Below are positions 1-46,666 of a DNA stretch of 46,666 nt, in pieces. The notes beneath the pieces were generated by a model that worked only from the letters and a program-made list of their open reading frames with translations, searched no databases and was not told the origin of the DNA. The translations under genes and the position numbers were made by a program. The first letter of the stretch is position 1, and every line of letters begins with the position of its first letter. Source of the stretch: Sphaerodactylus townsendi (taxonomy: Eukaryota). The stretch lies in the NCBI RefSeq assembly GCF_021028975.2, contig NC_059434.1:22895335-22942000 (forward strand), given 5' to 3'.

Positions 1-80
1 CCAACCCACCACCCCCCCCCCCCCCAACCCACCCACCCAACCCACCCCCCACCCCCCCCCACCCCCCCCCCCCCCCACCC
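1..80. repeat. C-rich low-complexity run
   Basis: Only C and A bases, in irregular runs. Confidence 0.9.
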
Positions 81-170
81 CCTGCCAGCATGACCAATTG
101 GCCATGCTGGCAGGGGCTGATGGGAATTGTAGTCCATAACATCTGGAGTGCCAAAGGTTCACCACCACTG
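79..170. mobile_element. Partial palindromic hAT-type MITE (right half)
   Basis: Shares GGGGCTGATGGGAATTGTAGTCCAT..ACATCTGGAG with the copy at 40858 (and nearly so with 948); ends CCACTG. Confidence 0.8.
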
Positions 171-947
171 GCCTATGCCCACTGCCCAGTAAACCTATTG
201 GAAAAGCTTGAGGTAAAGTTTTAATATGCTGTTATCTTTTCATCTAGGAACTGGTAATGCTACTGCAATTGGGAAATTTTGTGGCCTTTAACACTGTTCT
301 CTTAATCCCGTTAAATGCCCAACTGTGATTTACTGAACAGCGAGATCCCATCAACAAGTGAGAAGGTTACAGATGTTCGTTTCCTTCCTCCATTCTTCTA
401 TTAAGGCTGATCACATACATAGGTATGACTTTTTAACTCTTGACTGGCTGAAAATGCTAATACTGTTCCTGCTCGAGAGACATTTGCTACATGTGAAATC
501 ACACAAGACCTTGTCTGCTACTTTGGAAGCAAATAGGTAGAGCTAAAGGTTCCCATTATTACATGAAACAACAAAATATTACTTCTTGAGCAGACTAAAT
601 CTACCCAAAACGTGTGTAGATTAGATTAGAGGTTTATGGTGCAGCAGCAGCAACTAAGGTGTGGTAGTCAAACACTGGGGGAAGTATCTTTCAGTGGCAG
701 AGAGAGAGAGAGAGCTCTGGAAGCAGTTTATTGGGCACCACTGCTTCAAAAAACCCTCACCCACTTACTTCGTGCTTCTCAAGCAGCTGTCATATCAGAC
801 TCTCAGCAAGTAAAACTGAGCTAGATTATCTGGATGTTGATGAGCGCTGTACTCCCAACCTCTGGGCCTAGCATAAGACTTGGAACTGGACTTGTCACTA
901 AGAGAGACAGATGCCTGCATTTGGAACGGTCACAAAAGCAGCTAGAG

Positions 948-1066
948 CAGGGGTCTGCAACCTGTGGATCTCCAGATGCTCATGGACTACAATTCTCCAT
1001 GCTGGGAGGGGCTGATGGGATTTGTAGTCCATGAACATCTGGAGAGCCACAGGTTGCAGACCCCTG
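948..1066. mobile_element. Palindromic hAT MITE with 8-bp TSD
   Basis: TIRs CAGGGGTCTGCAACCTG...CAGGTTGCAGACCCCTG; exact TSD AGCTAGAG at 940-947 and 1067-1074. Confidence 0.92.
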
Positions 1067-1199
1067 AGCTAGAGTGCCCTGAGCTGGATTTACAGCACTA
1101 CTTATTATCTTTTATGGATATTCTCCCCAGGTGACTCCCTGGTCAGCTAGGTGCACTATAATTTCTGTAGCCATTAGCTGTACGGATCGTCACCTTAAG

Positions 1200-1495
1200 A
1201 AGAAGAAGAGTTTGGATTTATACCCCACCTTTCTCTCCTGCAAGGAGACTCAAAGTGGTTTACAAGCTCCTTTCCCTTCCTCTCCCCTCAAAAGACACCT
1301 TGTGAGGTAGGTGGGGCTGAGAGAGTTCCAAAGAACTGTGACTAGCCCAAGGTCACCCAGCAGAAATGCAGGAGTGTGGAAACACATCTGGTTCACCAGA
1401 TAAGCCTCTGCCACTCAGGTGGAGGAGTGGGGAATCAAACCCGGTTATCCAGATTAGAATGCACCTGCTCTTAACCACTACACTGCACTGGCTCT
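1200..1495 (-). mobile_element. tRNA-derived squamate SINE (Squam3-like), full length
   Basis: Minus-strand A box (TGTAGTGGTTAAG) and B box (GGTTTGATTCC); (TTC)n tail; TSD CTTAAG at 1194-1199 and 1496-1501; related copies at 15711 and 25961. Confidence 0.85.
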
Positions 1496-2725
1496 CTTAA
1501 GGGAAGGTGGGGAGATACTGGGGTTGTTTGCTCCTGATTTGGGTGTTCTTTTTTGTTTTATTTGCTTGGCTTTTGAGGGAGTGCTGAGATTTTTACTGTA
1601 AGTGGGCAGAATTCTCTTTAGTTGTGGATCTGCCTTTTCCATGGTCCCCTGTTCTTGCCTGGGGAATGAATGCAGCAGTCATTGGTTTCATAGCTGAAGG
1701 CAGAAAGGAAAGGGAGACAGAAGTCCTTATAGAAGGGAGTCTTCAAGACTTCCTTCCTTTTCTATGCACCCACAGTTCTTTAAAAATACATATTAACAGA
1801 AAACTGCATTAAAACAAAAAATAGCAAAGTCTGTTCTGCTAAAATCTCTGCTCCTTGTTTGAGAAACAAATCTGGTCTGGAAGGACGTGGAGCGTTTTCC
1901 CTGATAAAAGACTGGGTAATTCAGGAGGCGTTGCTATCCCAGAAGGAAGACTGCCCTCTGGCCACATGGGAGAGAACTCCTGTTTTCTATCAAGTTTAGT
2001 TATGAAAATAGGATTTAAAACAACTCTGGTGACTGTGCTATAGTTGTACCTATCCATTTTTTATTAACATGTAAGGGACAGAATCAAAGCATTAATACCA
2101 TAAACAGCAGCAAGAATTAACAGATTATTTCCACGTTTTATATTTATACAATATCATGCTATATGTTGTTTAGTAGTACGGAAAGTCTCGCAAGACTGTC
2201 AATTTCAATTACGGCATCTGCTTTGTACTAGATAGCTCTTTGCAAATGAAACAGGCAAGATTTTCATCACTCGAGTAATTGTCTTAAATGTACCCTCCTG
2301 AATGGGTCATAGATTTGTACCCAGGACTAATTAGATTAGACCCAGTACAGCTTCTGGGCCAGACAGTAATTTATCTGATGAGCAGAGCTTCAGAATACTA
2401 ATTCTCTTGCTTGCAAGTGCAGCTGCATAACGGGCAAGCGTGTATTGGTACGCAGATGCTATCTGTTCTGCTTATCTGCTCAGTGTTATTAAGCCTAGAC
2501 CTAGAGCCTAGCTCCTCACTCTAATAAAAAAAGGGAATCTATTATTTCTGAGGCCAATGCTTCATAACCCCCACAGAGGACTGCAATAACGGAAATGAAA
2601 AACTTGACAAGCAATCTCTAATCTGTCTGTGAATCTCAGTACTACTTCTGTGCCATGCAGTGTTGCTTTTATATTTAATATAGGACATAAAATGGATCCT
2701 TTAGCCCAAGCAGATAACTAACTAC

Positions 2726-46666
<43,941 letters not shown>

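Noticed and set aside
1-80. G-quadruplex/telomere-like tract
   Set aside because: Irregular C/A run that replaces the missing half of a hairpin MITE; may be a sequencing artefact; no TTAGGG periodicity.
371-397. 27-nt AG..GT-bounded frame-preserving segment (KNGGRKRTS) as an extra FRYL exon
   Set aside because: Poor pyrimidine tract, weak donor and no resemblance to recalled FRYL sequence. The short QMEILA-type segment I recall from human was not found in 1-2725.
1839-2057. 72-aa minus-strand ORF in the last intron
   Set aside because: No similarity to furry proteins and no convincing splice sites.

Overview
Vertebrate genomic DNA, most likely squamate (probably gecko, judging from the SINE, Penelope and BovB-like repeats). 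The whole window lies inside one minus-strand gene, FRYL (furry-like/AF4p12, an NDR-kinase scaffold); its start and stop codons are outside the window. I reconstructed 31 coding exons from 46666 down to 2726. All have AG acceptors and GT donors except one GC donor (the window-truncated exon shows only its donor), and they splice in one continuous phase. Most are only partly captured, or missed, by the ORF track. Notable splicing features are a 9-nt ELQ microexon with an SRRM3/4-type upstream UGC, a GC-AG intron, and a NAGNAG acceptor. The introns hold many transposon relics: hAT, Tigger, Tc2 and Harbinger MITEs with intact TSDs, tRNA- and 5S-derived SINEs, RTE/BovB, L2, CR1 and a CCHC-tailed LINE, and Penelope fragments including a decayed hammerhead ribozyme. 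There are three assembly gaps. I found no convincing evidence for a wholly new multi-gene system. The best leads are splicing or regulatory features and unclassified repeats. Family names and similarity to human FRYL come from recall, not from a search.
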